Shown here: positions 62,321 through 64,000 of the stretch, in pieces
Position numbering within the stretch: position 1 is the stretch's first letter
How the letters are laid out: each line of letters starts with the position of its first letter
From: an uncultured delta proteobacterium
GTDB lineage: Bacteria; Desulfobacterota; Binatia; UBA9968
DNA: 64,000 nucleotides
Direction: 5' to 3'
Assembly (NCBI GenBank): GCA_963771465.1
Contig: CAVYTU010000013.1
Location: 288,001-352,000 of the forward strand
The notes under the pieces: model-generated
Told to the model about the DNA's origin: nothing
Database searches by the model: none
What the model saw: the letters and a program-made list of their open reading frames with translations, nothing else
Made by a program: the position numbers and the translations under genes

Positions 62321-63565
62321 ATGTCTGTACGACAAAAATTTTCAAATCAGATTCGCGAGTTACGCCAAACCGATTCCATTCTCTGGATGATCGCGTTGGG
62401 CCATACCTTCACCCACTGGTGTCCCGCCACATTCTATTTGCTGCTGCCGTTCTTGGTAAAAGAAATGGGCCTCACCTATAGCCAAGCCGGCTTTCTGGTG
62501 ACGATCCGGGCCGCGGCCAATCTATTGATCAACATTCCAGCCGGCATGCTCGTCGATTTGATCGGCAAGAAGGCTTTGCTCATGGCGCTGGCGCTGGTTG
62601 CCACCGGCGTGCCGTACTTTCTCGTCGGCATCAGTCAAAATTATTTTTGGATCGCTTTATTCATGGCGTTCGTCGGTGTCGGCAATTATCTGTGGCACCC
62701 GGCGGCGATCTCGACTCTTTCGGAGAAGTATCCCGACAAGCGCGGCTTCGCCATCGCGATCCACGCCATGGGACCCAACGTCGGCGAAAGCATCGCGCCG
62801 CTTTTGGTCGGTGTTTTATTGCTCTATATGTCCTGGAGAAACGTTCTGTTTCTAAACTTGATTCCCGGTGTCGTGATCGCTTTCGTGCTGTGGAAGTATC
62901 TTTTTGGCAAGCTCGGATCACGTGCCGAGTCTAAAAAAGGCCTGTCTGCCACGGAGTATTTCTCCGGCATGAAAAAGTTAGCGCAGAACCCGAGTATCTT
63001 GCTGCTCGTCTTGGTCGCCGGAATGCGCTCGATGACCCAGCAGGGACTGCACACGTTCTTGCCGATCTATCTGACCAACGACCTCGGCCTGTCGAGCGCG
63101 GTGGCCGGACTTTATCTTTCCGTGGTTCAGACCGCGGGCATGATCGGCACGCCGATCGCCGGCAGCATTTCCGATCGCAGCGGCAGAAAGCGCGTACTCA
63201 GCGCAGGACTTCTTTCGACGAGCGTTGTCCTCGTCGTCCTTGCCTACTTTCGTTTGAACTGGTTGTTTGTCTCGGGTCTGGCGATCCTCGGCTTCTTTCT
63301 CTACGCCGTGCGTCCAGTCATATGGGCTTGGGTTCTCGACCTGAGTCCCAAAGAAGTTGGCGGCAGCACGGTGAGTTTTTTCTCCGGCTCGCAGTCGCTG
63401 CTAAGCTCGGTTTCGCCGTGGCTCTGCGGGCTGATCGCCGACCGCTGGGGCATTCTCGCCGCATTCTATTTTCTCGCCGGCACGGTGTTCGTCGCTAACC
63501 TGGTCGTGCTGGCGATCCGAGAAGAAGCTAAGGAATCGCCGGCGCTGGTCGAGGAGCCCGCTTGA
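62321..63565 (+). CDS. MFS transporter (Fsr-like)
   Basis: GMLVDLIGKK, WHPAA, GSISDRSGRKRV, about 12 TM helices. Confidence 0.9.
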   Translation: MSVRQKFSNQIRELRQTDSILWMIALGHTFTHWCPATFYLLLPFLVKEMGLTYSQAGFLVTIRAAANLLINIPAGMLVDLIGKKALLMALALVATGVPYFLVGISQNYFWIALFMAFVGVGNYLWHPAAISTLSEKYPDKRGFAIAIHAMGPNVGESIAPLLVGVLLLYMSWRNVLFLNLIPGVVIAFVLWKYLFGKLGSRAESKKGLSATEYFSGMKKLAQNPSILLLVLVAGMRSMTQQGLHTFLPIYLTNDLGLSSAVAGLYLSVVQTAGMIGTPIAGSISDRSGRKRVLSAGLLSTSVVLVVLAYFRLNWLFVSGLAILGFFLYAVRPVIWAWVLDLSPKEVGGSTVSFFSGSQSLLSSVSPWLCGLIADRWGILAAFYFLAGTVFVANLVVLAIREEAKESPALVEEPA

Positions 63566-63638
63566 AACCAACCGATCGAATCGATTAAAAATTAATCGGG
63601 TCGCGCGCAGCGGGCCATTCAAAAGGAGAGATACTCAA

Positions 63639-64000
63639 ATGGATTGCCGTTTAAATCATTCAGCACACTTGTTCGCGATCGTCTTTGTTTTCGCGTTGCT
63701 ATTCCATACCTCTCCAGCATTCGCCCAGGCGCCATTCTACCAGGGAAAAACCATCACCGTACTGCAAGGCCGCGAGCCCGGCGGCACCGGCGATCTGCGC
63801 GCGCGTGCGACAACGCAATTTCTACAAAAATATATTCCGGGTAATCCGACCATCATTCATGAATTCATGGGTGGGGGCGGCGGGCTCAGAGCGGCAAACC
63901 ATATGTTTGCCGTCGCCAAGCCCGACGGCCTCAACATCGGCAGCGTGAGCTCGGGCATGCTCAGTAGCGCAATCCTCGGCAGTGCCGGCGTCAAGTATCA
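63639..64000 (+). CDS. tripartite tricarboxylate transporter substrate-binding protein (Bug/TctC-like), partial
   Basis: Hand translation: signal peptide, FYQGKTIT, PGGTGDLRAR, YIPGNPTII, AANHMFAVAKPDG; runs off the window; RBS AAGGAG. Confidence 0.85.
   Translation, partial: MDCRLNHSAHLFAIVFVFALLFHTSPAFAQAPFYQGKTITVLQGREPGGTGDLRARATTQFLQKYIPGNPTIIHEFMGGGGGLRAANHMFAVAKPDGLNIGSVSSGMLSSAILGSAGVKY

Overview
GC-rich bacterial chromosome segment. The dense solute-binding proteins, cupins, amidohydrolases and UbiD-family enzymes suggest an uncultured Binatia/Deltaproteobacteria-like genome (inference). 1-11.7 kb: the start of an extracellular contractile injection system (eCIS) on the minus strand, with sheath, tube, T4-like baseplate protein, DUF4255/Pvc16, AAA ATPase and two small conserved proteins. 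It also encodes a >695-aa DUF4157 protein missing from the ORF track, which has a C-terminal Cys-His-Asn transglutaminase/papain-like domain. Upstream are a small winged-helix-like protein and a sigma54 enhancer-binding protein with its own -24/-12 promoter. 12-56 kb: transport and probable aromatic/heteroaromatic catabolism genes, two tandem paralogues of an unusual ferritin-like protein, a stand-alone NRPS A-T didomain coupled to an Ldh_2 dehydrogenase, and tex. 56.7-59.1 kb: a membrane-anchored N-acetylmuramoyl-L-alanine amidase, a MamK-like actin and a TM/coiled-coil protein, with no magnetosome genes in the window; this is the most unusual module here. Several genes, including tex, carry single-base frameshifts that are probably assembly errors. 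No rRNA, tRNA, CRISPR array or transposase was recognised. All family assignments come from motifs read by eye, not from database searches.
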